A stretch of 64,000 nucleotides of DNA, from contig JARFYF010000036.1 of assembly GCA_030265395.1 (NCBI GenBank), forward strand, positions 26,695,627-26,759,626, given 5' to 3'. The position numbers were made by a program, and so were the translations under genes. The stretch is from Rhina ancylostomus. Its lineage: Eukaryota. Below are positions 13,767 to 26,269 of the stretch, piece after piece. Position 1 is the first letter of the stretch. Each line of letters opens with the position of its first letter. Below the pieces are notes generated by a model. It ran no database searches. It saw only the letters and a list, made by a program, of their open reading frames with translations, and was not told the DNA's origin.

Positions 13767-14430
13767 NNNNNNNNNNNNNNNNNNNNNNNNNNNNNNNNNN
13801 NNNNNNNNNNNNNNNNNNNNNNNNNNNNNNNNNNNNNNNNNNNNNNNNNNNNNNNNNNNNNNNNNNATAGATGTTTCTGAATGGTTGGATTTCAATTAGC
13901 TCAGAAAAACTGCCTCCATCAAAACCAAGCTAGATTAGAACAGGTGAAGTATCAAGTGTGTAACTTCGCCTGCCTATTACAATCCAAATCAATTATCAGA
14001 GTTGAGAATGTGTAGCGTAGGAACAAATTCATTGATCCATTTTATAGTATGAGTGTTTTAGAGTGCATTTTATAAGGAAGCATAGAAATCAAGCTTAAAG
14101 AATCAATATTAATATTCTTCCAAATGTGAAGGGCATGATTCAAAGCAGTGCACCCCTTTCTGGCATCAGTACTACATGGCAAGAAGCACAATTTGAATGA
14201 AGCTGCTGTCAAAATACTTATATTGAATTTACAATGTGATTATAATATTTAATATGTGCAATCATTTTATGATCGAGGCAAAGTTGGAATAAATGATACT
14301 TTATATGTTGGATTCAGGGGAAATAACAACATAAACAACAACATAGTAAACACTTTATAAGAACCCAAGATTACAGTGTAAGGGGATATTTATTTGAAGA
14401 TAAATAATTAGTGAAGAAATTTTAGCTTAC

Positions 14431-14586
14431 TGCTTTGTAAGTCCGTTTCTGACCGGCGTGTTTCACCATCCTCCCAGTCTCAGTTCCTGTTTCCACATGC
14501 ATAGAATAAATAATATCGAAAAAATCCTCCACCACAGCTACACGTTTCAGAGAGATGCTCTCCTTAGTGGTGACTCCATCTCCAGT
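14431..14586 (-). CDS. NOL4L: NOL4L (nucleolar protein 4-like) internal coding exon, probably exon 2, 156 nt, phase 0/0
   Basis: The reverse strand translates TGDGVTTKESISLKRVAVVEDFFDIIYSMHVETGTETGRMVKHAGQKRTYKA, matching the NOL4/NOL4L motifs SLKRVAVVEDFFDIIYSMHVE and KHAGQKxTY. Acceptor is tgtgctttcacAG (14588-14587); donor is GTAAGC (from 14430). It is not in the supplied ORF track. Confidence 0.93.
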
Positions 14587-16331
14587 CTGTGAAAGCACAT
14601 TACAATATTCACCAACAGCAATGGTTTCATAAACATCTTAGACTGTATATCACTGGTGTGTTTTTCGTTCACGATGATAAAGTATCAGTGTTATAAATAG
14701 GCAAACACTCATTACAAATTTCAGATTGCGATAAGAAATAAGAATACACAGGGACGATCGGAAACCTAATTTGGCCTGTCTGCAAGTTACAGCAAACATC
14801 TAATTCGTCCGATCTCATTCCACGAAATGTCAANNNNNNNNNNAACAGTGGCAAAGATTTTTCTTCAAACTCACTGGTAACTCGAGCTACATGCTTTATG
14901 CATTACACAGTTAATTACATCTTTAGGGTGGTGCTTAGTCTTCGTGTCCCCAAAATGTAGCTGTGATCCAAACATAGTATTTCAAATATATCAAGTGAAA
15001 TTTATTTGATAGGATAAACCAAACTTGGAATAAACTTTTAATGATTTGTAATCTTTTTAAACCATTACACAAATGAGCCAAACATGAATGTTTAGTGCCT
15101 ATTGAATTAAGAAACTTAAGTAAACTAATTTTGCATTTGGTCACTTTGGGTGCATGTAGAAGACAATATTCATAGATGAATATTTAGTGAATGTTGAAAA
15201 TTAACAGGTCTGTGAGTTAAATAACTCATTAATCACATCAGCCATTATTTTCCATTAAAGTAATTCCCAATTTATACTCTTCCCCAGCAGCTTTGCCCTA
15301 AGTGCTGAATTTATAGTTAATTGCAGTCTGTGATATCCTAACTGATGAAACCAACACTGAAACCACTCAAAACTTAAGATGAAAAGAACTGCAAATGGAA
15401 ACACAAGTTGCAGAAAATAGCATGATTCTTAAATATGCTAAACATTTTATCTATTACAAATCTAAACGCTTTGTCATAACTGTTTTAGGCAGACTACAAA
15501 GTCACACCAGCGGTTCACAATGAACAAAGAAGATGTTTGGAGATGGGGGGGGGGGGGTGAGAGGAGCGATAAAAGAGGATGCAGACAGTTAGATACAAGG
15601 ATAGATTCTCTGCAAAGGTCAACATGACAAAAATGAAATCATTTTGTCTTGCTATGATCTGGTACCAAACTCTTCAGATAAGGCATATTTAAAAAGCTTG
15701 CATATTGTGTTTACTTTCTACACATAAACTTTCACTCTCTTGAATTTATAATAGACACCATTCCTGTCAACATTACATATTACTGAGTTTTTCATTATCT
15801 TTTAAAATGAACAAGTCTTGTCCAGCTTTACCATCATAGTTTGTCAAAGCACCAATCTAACCATGAAATTATTTTTATAAAATTGTTGGTTTGACTCTTT
15901 TTTTAAAAACACATTTCTTATGTGCAAAGTTTTAAACAAAATAAGAATAAAGAAACAGAAAGAATGTTTGTTCATTAAATTGTCCTTTGTGTATAACTTG
16001 ATTACATTTTTACATTTAGTTCTCAGCCTCTTTAAGGTTATGGATTTAAACCAGAGATGATTACCTGACAGTGATTAGAAAGAGCTTTCAACAATTTCTG
16101 TGTCTAAGCATGAACATTTTTAACATGCAAACTCTGCATCAAGAGAAGCTGAATCCCCTTTAGTAAACATTTATCGGTTTATTTTCTATAAAGGTCTTCT
16201 AAAAAGGTCTTTGAAACAACCTGGAATTCATATTGTTGAAGATTTTTTTGGACAAGTTAGCATTTATTGACATCAATAACAAAACAATTGTCAAAATTTC
16301 TCAATTAACAAAACTGTTTTCTATCGCCCTT

Positions 16332-17372
16332 AGAAGACAAAAAGTAGTGGAAGGCTGTTATTCTGGCCGGAGGTCCGTGACCAGTGATGTTCCGCAAGGA
16401 TCAGTGCTGGGACCTCTGTTTGTGATATATATTAGTGACTTGGATGAAAATGTAGATGGATTGATTAGCAATTTTGCGGATGACATCAAAATTGTTGGAG
16501 TTGTGGACAGTGTAAAGAACTATCAAAGAATACAGTGGGATATAGATCAGTTACAGATATGGGCAGAGAAGTGACAGATGGAATTTAATCCAGGCAAGTA
16601 TGAGGTGTTGCACTTTGGGAGGTCACATGAAAGGAGAAAGTATAAAGTAAATGGTAGGCCCCTTATTAGCACTGAAGTACAGAGGCTCTTGGGGTTCAAG
16701 TTCACTGAGAGTGGCTATGCGTGGATAAGGTAGTAAAGAAGGCATATGGCATTCTTGCCTTCATTGATAGGGGTGTTGAGTATAAGAGTAAGGAAGTAAA
16801 GCCACAGCTATATAAAACTTTAGTCAACCACACTTGGAGTATTGTGTGTATCACCCCATTACAGGAAGGATGTGGAGACAGTGGAAAGGGTGCAGATGAG
16901 GTTTACCAGGATGCTGCCTGCTTTAGAGGTTATGAGCTAAAGGAAAAGTTGGACATAGTGTTGGAGGCTAAGGGGAGACCTGATAGAGGTTTTTTAAATT
17001 ATATGAGGCATAGATAGGGTAGACAGAATCTTTTCCCCAGGATAGAACTGTCAAAACACCAGAGGACATGCTTTTAAGGTTGCTGGGGGGTTGGTGGGAG
17101 CTTAAAGGTGATGTGAGGGGCAAGTTTTTTTATGCAGAGAGTGATAGGTGCCTTGAATGGGTTACCAGGGGTAGTAGTGAGAGGAGGCAGAAGGCGGCAG
17201 TTTGGTGGAGTTTAAGAGGCTTTTAGGTAGACACATGAATATGAAGGGAATGGAGGGATATGGATGATACACAGGAAGAGAACATTTAGTATCAATTGGC
17301 ATCAAGATCGACGCAACATCGTGAGGTCAGATGGCCTGTCCAGTGCTGTCCAGTTCTATGTTCTACATTCTA
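16332..17372 (+). mobile_element. CR1 LINE, 5'-truncated (RT C-terminal half and 3' tail)
   Basis: Peptides RSVTSDVPQGSVLGPLFVIYISDLD...NFADDIKI and KVVKKAYGILAFIDRGVEYKS, with stops and frameshifts; terminal ttctatgttcta repeat. Confidence 0.92.
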
Positions 17373-18159
17373 CTAAGGTCTGTTTGTGGCAGAAGGAAAA
17401 AGTCAGGAAATTCTGCGTATCAAACCTACAATTTTCTTGTCACAGATTTTAATAAGCAGATATGTGTTGATACTTTACCAGTGTTGGATGGTTCTTTAAA
17501 AATGGTTTAGGGCCCACCATAATAGCTCTCTGTCCTCACAGTCTGTCTGGCATCGCCCAACAATATAATTCCAGAATACTTTCAATTCTATTGGACTATA
17601 CGCAAGGCAATGTTCCAGTAGATGTGCACTCCACACTCCTTCTACGCCCATTCCTGACTCTCCATGGCACTGCACTAGAGACTAAGTCACTTCTAAACCC
17701 TGAATATGAAAATCAAATTTTTGGATCCACTGGTAAGCTAGTTCAGGTAGCATTTAAGTATGACAAGGACTTCATGGTTGAAATTTTGGAGCACTCCAGA
17801 GAGGAAAAGATAAAAACAGAATCTCCTTTGCTTTGGCTAAAATCAAATAAATAAGAATTAAACCAAGGAATGTTTTTTCTTTGTGGAGGATGAACATTTC
17901 CAAAGGGGTAATGGTGCAGTTGATGGAGGCCCATTATTAGATATGCTTTGGTTACAACGTAAGAATGGAGCTAAGTGACAGTTCTTTAGGGATGGCATTG
18001 TTAAAAAGCTTGAAGATTTGGGAATAATGAGCATGAAGGGATTTAGGAGGATAAAGAGACAGGATGTGATATAGAACATTCCAGTGTAACATTATCAAAC
18101 TAAATTTGACACACAATTAGCTATTAAGCTAGTTGAACTTGTGGAAGATAGATTTTGTT

Positions 18160-21060
18160 GTTGTCAGTAGCGATCCCTTAGGTCAAGAATTTTTATGGGT
18201 CTTTAGATGACAGGGGAATCTGCTCCTGAAATCATAGACACATTTGGAAGCATTACCAGTGATGTTAGAAGACATGGATGAGCCACATTTGCTATGAGAA
18301 AGTATTTCCTTTTATGGAATTTAACTATGACTAAACTGAGACAATTTTCCATGCCCTTTTCTAATAAGTTTTTGCTAGAGAGCTTCGTTCTTGGCTATTG
18401 TCTGCCAATGTTTGATGTTGAATCTTTTGATGTTTGTCTTCAGGGTTTCATTGAAGCTTTTCTTTTTGGCATTCCAGTTTCCAGTCTCCACTGGCGAGTT
18501 GGTCAAAAAACAGTTGTTTTGTTAGGCATGCTTCAAGGATATGCATTTGTAGAGCTGACTTTACCTCAACTGATGATGAATTGAGGTAGTCAGGCACTCA
18601 GCACTGAAGATGCTAGCCTCCGTGAGTGTTTTGATCCCACCCATTTATATGGAGATTCTTCCAATGGATGTGCTGGCATTCCAGGTTTTCCAGATATTTT
18701 CTGTAGATCATCCATGTCATGCAGCCATAGAGGAGAGTTAAGATTTACCACTGCCTTGTAAAATTCTGGTATATATTCTGAAGTAACCCAGCAAGACAGC
18801 CTGCCAAAGACAAGGTAAGCACAATAAATACTGTACTGAATCTCTATATCTACATTTGCCCTCTGGCAGAGATAGTTGCCAAGGTAGGCAATGTGTTCTA
18901 CATTTTCCAGTTTCTCACTGTCAATATAGATCTCCTTTGCTGGACTTGATGCTCAGAGCAGCATGGTGAAGAGCTTTAGTTTTGCTGATGAATTAGCCCT
19001 GGGCTAATATAAGCTTCAGAGAAGCAGTTACACACTGTTTGTGTCTTTTGTTCATTGTTCAACAACGGTGTGATCATCTGTCTACTGGTGTTTGATTACT
19101 GATGCTTATGTCACTTTAGTTCTAATGCCAAGGTGAGAGAGGTTGAAGAGGTTCCCGCCAGTCCAATATTGGATACTGATGCCCTGTGGTAGACATACAA
19201 TTTCAGATAAATGTTTGCATATTGATGGAAAAATGGAGAAAGATGCAAGTACACAACCTATTTTATGCCAGATCATGAGGCAAAAAGCTCCGATGTAGAT
19301 CTACCATTCAGGATAGACACAGATAGTAAAGGAATCTTACAACAGTGGTTTGGACAGCCAAACTTTACTTTTCACAGAGCCTTATGATTGACAAAGTTAT
19401 AAGCTTTGCTCAGATCAATGAAGACCATTTACAACTCCAGGTGACATTCTGACACTTTTCCTGAATCTGCCTGTTTGCAAAGATCATATCAATTGTGTCT
19501 CTTACAGTATGAAGTCACAGGGGGGTCTGGGAATATTTGTAAGAGGAAGAAAGTGATTCAGTAAGAATCTTCCCTCTGAGACGTTAACAATGCCTAAATA
19601 GTTGTCATAGTCAGCTCTACCATTTTTAAAATTGGCAACAATATTACTGTTGGGCAAATGAATGGGAATTTGTTTCGTACACCAGATTTTACAGGACTGC
19701 AAATGGAATTTGTTTATCAGTGTTTCTGTTCCCCCCCCCCCACCCACCCCCCACTATCAGTATTTCAGATGAAGTGCCATCAAGACCTTGTGCTTCATTT
19801 TTCTTCATTTGCTTAATAGTATTTGGACCTCCTCAGAAGTTGATGGCAAGGACTTCCCACACCAGTACCAAGGGATAGAATCAATGGTGCCATCAATCAC
19901 AGTCAGTTTTCAATTTAGGAGCTTTTGGAAGTTTTCCTTACAGTGTTTTGTGGTGGATTAATTGTCTTCAAGAAGGGTACTACCGTCTTTAGAGTTCAGT
20001 GGCTTGAAGCCACATAAACTCATGCTGTACAGGGTCCTTACCTGAGAAAAACTCTGTATATTATGTCTGTCAACAAATGATTGGATTTTTTTTCCCCTTT
20101 GTCCACCCATCATGTATTTTTCCGATTTTGTCAGTCATTCTTTGAACTTCACTTTGGAGATGATGAAAAGAGCTCTGCTTCTGACTTTAATAATAGATGG
20201 TTTTGCCAATTGCAGAAAACTTCCCTATTCTGGTCCAAGAGGTCTGTGATCTCAATCTTGTCATCAACTCAGTCCTGATGACAACAGAAAACAAGGCCAA
20301 TGGATTCATCACAAGCCACTTGTGTGGTCTATTTTAGTGTTTCCCAATCTTCATCACTTGTATTGCTCTTTCCTAGTGTACATATGGATAGAGTTTCCAC
20401 TGAGGTGTGCTTGGAAGTTCTTCTAATGCACTGAAAATGTTAGCCTTCGGCTGTTGTATCATCATCTGTGTGATTTGGATTGTTTTCTATGTTTTGATAC
20501 ATGTACTTGACAAATTATCAAGCAGTGACTAGTACTGCAATTATAGGCCTCTCTCTTAACACTTAATGCCACTTAGATCTGTCATACAATGACATAATCC
20601 AAAAGATGCCATTGTTTTGAACAGGATTATTGCCAAGTTCCTTTGCGTTTTTTGCTTTGTCTTAAGATTGTGTTTGTGATCACAAGGCCATTCCACACAT
20701 ATGCATAGTATAACCACAACATTGGAATTGGGCTTGCCCACATCTCCGCTCCCAATGAAATTGAGAGCTTCTGCTACTTTTTTGCATTAAAGTTCCTTAA
20801 ATGGATGAACCTGTCTGTTTTTGGAATAAATGAAGGGATGTTGCTGAGATCTGTTAGGGCATGTGTTGCTGCATATGCACTAATGCTGGCAAAAGACTTA
20901 CTTGCCAGTCAAATGCAGTGAGTCATTGATGCCAAGAGGCAGTACAACCAGGGGATTGACAAGAAGAGTTTTAATTGCCAAGCAATCATCATGTATTCAC
21001 TTGTCATTTACTGTATTTCCTTCCTAAAAGATGTAGCTACATCTTCTTTCTGCAGATGGC
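18160..21060 (-). mobile_element. Long decayed RTE (BovB-like) LINE
   Basis: Reverse-strand remnants LPQGISIQYWTGGNLFNL (about 19140-19195) and GIK*GCVLAS (about 19245-19272). (ttg)n tail and RTE 3' end at about 18155-18190. Confidence 0.78.
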
Positions 21061-21189
21061 CTTCTTCTCACTGAGATCACTAATGCCACTGTCACCTCTA
21101 GAGTTTTAGGGTGACAATTGCTATTTTGAGTTTTTCCTCTCCCCTTTTGAATTCTTTAGTACTGTTAGATAACATTAATTAATTAAGAA

Positions 21190-21335
21190 CAGAGTTATTG
21201 TTTTAGGTTGATGCCTTTTCTGCAGAGTCTGATCAACTTGAAATGTAGACTTGGTTTCTCTCTCCATAGATGTTGCCTGACCTGAGTATTTCCAGCATTT
21301 TCTCTTTTTATTTCAGATTTCAAGCATGTGTTTTT
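21190..21335. mobile_element. Decayed Penelope-derived inverted-repeat element
   Basis: aacagagtt...ttaggttgatgcc, then tctctccatagatgttgcctgacctgagtatttccagcattttctc...atttcagatttc. Confidence 0.6.
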
Positions 21336-23387
21336 TTTTGCTTTGAGGACAGTGAAAGCAGTGGCTTTGAAAGGGAAGCATCTGAGATAGATTATCCCAA
21401 CATACTGATATCAAAGTAAATTTAACACAAATGTTATTGGCATGTTAAGAGGAAATCATGAGAAGGAATTGCATGTTAGGACCTAGACAACAGAAGACAA
21501 GACCCTCAACTTAGAACAATTTAAAAAAAGAGGCCAACATAGAGAAGATTACAACAATGGGGAGAGACGAAGCCACAGAGTAGGGGAGAAGAGGCATACT
21601 GACTCTAGATCAGCAAGCACCTGAGTGATGGGTTACCTGGGCAGTGTGAATTAAACACAGCAGCAGAGTTTATGGAGGGTAGAATGAAGGAAATGGGTCA
21701 GGAGAAAATTGGGATAGCAAGGGCTAGGGTAACAACAGCAGAGAAGCTGATATAAAGATGGAGTTCATCAATGTTATAGAGCTGAAATTAGGCAGTCTTC
21801 CTGAATTTTTCTGAATAATGTTGGCCATGAAATCTGATAATTGGAAGCAGAGAAGTGGTCAAGACAGAAGGAGGTGTCATCAATGTACAAGTGGAAATGC
21901 TTTGATTTTTGGATGACAAAAAAATTGGATAGGTCCACCAGTTATGCCAGTGTGAGTACAGGATGAAAAGCCATGACAAATGGTTCTCTGGCTATGTAAA
22001 CTTGTCGTGCTGTATTAGTTCCTCCATCTATGAGTGGTACTAGAGCACCTCCATTGGGAAGAGGTGGTAATTACAGAACAATGAGTTTATTAAGCATTTT
22101 CTTTGAAAAATGTGAAATTGATTAAGAAGTTGTGTTTCAAGAAAACAACAGGAATTGCAAATGCAAGGTACTTATTTAAAATATGAATATAGAGCTATAA
22201 AATATTTACTGAGTATGGCAAGATCTCCTTTTTAACTGACTCCAACTGTGTTGGATGTTGAGAAAGAATAACACAATCAATCCCTGTCCATTAAGAGGTA
22301 GCAAGTAGGATTTATTTTTCTTTCATATATATCTTCAAATGCTAAATGCTTGTTTTCTGTCTAGGGACTGTTTCACCTAGGGAGCTTAATGTGCTGTATT
22401 TCCACATAATTTGTTTTGTAAACCTGTGCCAATCCCACAGCATGTGTACAATCCAGACACCTGTCTCCAAGACAATAAAGTAATCACAGCTGTGTGCTCA
22501 AAAGGTCAGTTTGACATCATACACACATAGTGCATGTTGCCTATGAAACTTTGTGCTTCTAATCCTGATGCATGAAATTAAACTCTCCATGAGCACTGGG
22601 AATTTGGATCCCTCACTTTAATAATGTGATTGGGTTTTTTTCTACTGACTAAGAAATCTAATCAGGTAATTCTTTTCAAATTTTTAGTTTTAACATTACC
22701 ACTAAATAATTCAATACATTTAATTAATAGAAGCTTCTCAAATGTTTTAATTAGCCTGCAGTTTTACAACAACTTTAAGATCACCATTAACTAGTTTCCT
22801 TCACATTATCAGTATGTTGTTTTCAGAACAGGTTTTGAAAGAAAGTACAAGCTTATCCAGGATATGCACAGTATGTAGCACAAGTCACAAGCAACGAGCA
22901 ATTAAAGACATGTCTCCAGTATTCTATCCTTCACCATATGGCTATCAGCACTTAATGATCAAGAGGGCAATGGGACCTCTAACTGATATTTTTGCCAATG
23001 GCCTGTTTGGGATGTCCAAACATTTTAATGTTCAAATGTCATTTAAACCTCCACAGTGACTCATGAGCATTAAGGCAAAACAGAACATTATCCTTTATTC
23101 AAGGGAGTGGAAATCTAATGGGTGCCATGTAATTAGAAGCACATGTAATGAGTTGTAGTAGGTCAGGTGAAACAATCAAAAGATGGACAGAGGAGATACT
23201 AGTAGGTGGCAAGATTACTTGGGGGGGGGGGCACGTGCAGCATTCCTTTCAAATTGTTCCAGCAGTTCTTTTAAGGGCAGGTGGCTAGGCTCCTTGTGGG
23301 TACTCCTTGAGGGTACTCCCCAGGGGTGAAATATTCTCACCATGACATTCTTACCTGTAATGTTGTTAGGATTCTGAATACATTTAT

Positions 23388-23547
23388 TGTCATGGTTCCA
23401 AGTACTGGCCCTCAATTTGGCTCCATTGATGGTGCCTTGTTGTACGGCACATGGATTCCATGCTCAACTAATTGCATAATGACACACACCTGAGCCCCAT
23501 TAGGGGCCTAGCATAAGTACCTGGGTTTCTCTAGCACTAGTTGCCAG
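23388..23547. mobile_element. LTR-family opposite end (TGTCATGGTT...), inverted relative to the 41848-42161 copy
   Basis: tgtcatggtt...ggccctcaatttggctcc...gcacatggattccatgct...cataatgacacacacctga is the reverse complement of 42058-42161. Confidence 0.72.
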
Positions 23548-23649
23548 NNNNNNNNNNNNNNNNNNNNNNNNNNNNNNNNNNNNNNNNNNNNNNNNNNNNN
23601 NNNNNNNNNNNNNNNNNNNNNNNNNNNNNNNNNNNNNNNNNNNNNNNAA

Positions 23650-24720
23650 ACACAGGAGGCCATTCAACCCTTTATGTCCATGCCAGTTTAAAAATCTCTT
23701 CTACACTTGATCCATAGTCCTGCAGATCACGGCTCTGCAAGTACACATCCAGTTACTGTTTAAATGTGACAAAAGTTTGTGTCTGCTACGTTCTAAAGCA
23801 ATGAATCACAGACCCCTATCATCTATAGGGCCAAAAATGTTTTCCTCATCTTCCTCTAATCCTTCCACAAATTTATTTTGAACCATGCCCCTTGTTTTCA
23901 ACTGCTTTGCTAAAGGAAATAGTACATCCTATCCAGTTAGGCCTCTCAAAATTTCGTACACCTGAATTAAGTCGCCCCTCAAAGTAAATATTTATCTATC
24001 ACATCTTTCCTGAGCTACAATTTTCTAGACCTAGTAACATCCATGCAAATTTCCTCTGCATCCCCTCTGCTGCCATGGCACCTTTCCTAGAATATGGTGA
24101 CTAAAGCTGTATGCCATATTCAAGCTGTGACTAAACTAGTGTTGTACATAAAACTGGCATAACCTCCTCTTTTTATGTTCTATGCCTTAATCAATAGAAG
24201 GTAGTATTCCATATGCCTTTTTAACCAACTTATTGACTTGGCCTGATACATTCAAGGGTCTGTGTACTTACACTTCAAGGTCCCTTTGGTTCCTCCACAC
24301 AGCGTGAAGTGGGACCTTGTCAAAATCCTTGCTAAAAATTCATGCAGCCTACATTAAACACACAGGCCTTATTGACCCTCCTTGTCACCTCCTCAATGAA
24401 TTCAATCAAATTAGTTAGACACAACAAATCCATCTGATTGTTACTGATTGATTAATCAGTACCTTTCCAAGAGGTTCATACTGTCTCTTCTAATGAATTC
24501 CAATATTTCTAACATCACCAACTGGTCTGTAATTACTTGGTTTATCATTACCTCCCTTTTTTGACATTGGTACAGCATTAGCAGTCATCCAATCCTCCAA
24601 CACCAACACTGTAGCCAGAGAGGATTGAAATTGAAAAATTGAAGTTAGATCCTTGCAATTTCCTCCCTTATTTCTTTTCAGAGCTTATGATATATTTCAT
24701 TGGGCCCTGATAAGTTATCC
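23650..24720 (-). mobile_element. CR1 LINE fragment, decayed
   Basis: CR1 tail aggaggccattcaaccc at the left end; reverse-complement RT remnants such as ccatatgcctttttaacc (VKKAYG). Confidence 0.7.
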
Positions 24721-25169
24721 ATGTTTAAAGATGATAAACTTCTTAAAACTCTCTCTTTTGCTATTTTTTATCCTATCGAATTTCTAATGCTTATTTACCT
24801 TAATGACAACATTGACATCATCACCCTCTTTGGTAGTTTTCTAAATACAACAGCATTGGGGCACTCTTACAAAAGACAAGTAAAATGGTGATAGACAATT
24901 TGAGGAAAGAATGAGACAGTAAGTTCGGCTTTATTGCTGCCAGCGAGGACGATGTAAATTTCTCACCCTGCATTTCATATTATCCAAACACATACCTCCA
25001 ATCGTCCAGCAGAAGAAAGTGAAAATCCTGGTAGTGGGTGAGATTGTTGTAAAGCTAAAGAGCTAGTTAATATACGAATCTTAAATGAATGGGCAGGATG
25101 AAGTAGCCAGCTTTATTGAATGACTTACATATAAACATACAAATTAGCAGAAAGAAACAACTTACCCCC

Positions 25170-26090
25170 CTCTATCCTACTCCACCATTCAATATCATGG
25201 CCGATTTAATTGTAACTTCATCCTGTCTACCCCCAGTAACCTTTCACCTCCTTGCTTATCTAGAATCTATCTCTGTCTTAAAAATATTCCAAGGCTCTGC
25301 TTCCACTGCCCTTCAAGGTAGAGAGTTCCAAAGGCGCACAACTCAGAAAAATTTCACCTCATTTTAAATGGCTGTCTTAAATAATATAACCCCTTATTTT
25401 TAAATACATCTACCCTGTCAAGACCTCTCATAATCTTGTTTATTTCAATCAAGTCCCGTCTTGGCTTTCTGATTTCTACTGGATACAAGCCCGGACTGTA
25501 TGATCTTTCCTCAGAAGGCAACCCTCCCATTCCAGGTATCAGTTGAGCATACCCTTCTGAACTGCTTCCAATGTATTTATTCCTTCCTTCCTTAAATAAG
25601 GAGCCCATTATTGTACACAGTACCCCTGATTTGCTCTTGCCAATGCATTATATAACTGAGGCATAAACTACCTACTTCTGAATTCAATTCCCCTAGCAAC
25701 ATCATTCCCTCATACTTGATGTACCAGCATATCAATCTTTTAACTTCATCCAAGTCATTTTTATAAATTGTAAAAAGTTGAGGCCCCAGCACTGATTCCT
25801 GGACACCAGGTACAAGTGGCCAACCAGAATAAAAACATCTGTGCTTATTCTCAGTTTCTTGTTAACTAGTCAATCTTCTGTCCTGGTCGGTATGTCAACC
25901 CCTTTTATTTCCTGCAATAATCTTTAATGCAGCAACTTATCAAATGTTGTCTGGAAATCTAAGTGTAGTACATTCAGTTCACTTTTATCTACAAGCCTGT
26001 GTTATTTATTCAAAAGCACCAATAAATTGGTCAAATATGATTTCTCTTTTGCAAAGTCATGTTGCCTTTTGCTGATTACTGTGAATCCAT
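25170..26090 (-). mobile_element. CR1 LINE fragment
   Basis: Minus-strand ORFs contain SVLGPQLFTIYKNDLDE and RDLIEINKIMRGLDRVDV. Confidence 0.8.
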
Positions 26091-26269
26091 CCATAATCCT
26101 TCTATAATGTATAATACTCCATATGAAAATATGAAATAGCTAAAATGCACTATGACATCCCATAGTGGTTACGATGCTCACAGTAGTGAGAAAGATTCAG
26201 AAACATGTTGGGGCAATAATATAGCTGTGTTTGATACTGTTCTTCACTGAGATAGACTCTGTTACAGAT

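Noticed and set aside
4333-14586. Calling the gene NOL4 rather than NOL4L
   Set aside because: The residues IAETY, SCTEC, ISLKRV and YLKQMKL fit NOL4L better as I recall the paralogues. A phylogeny or synteny check is still needed to be certain.
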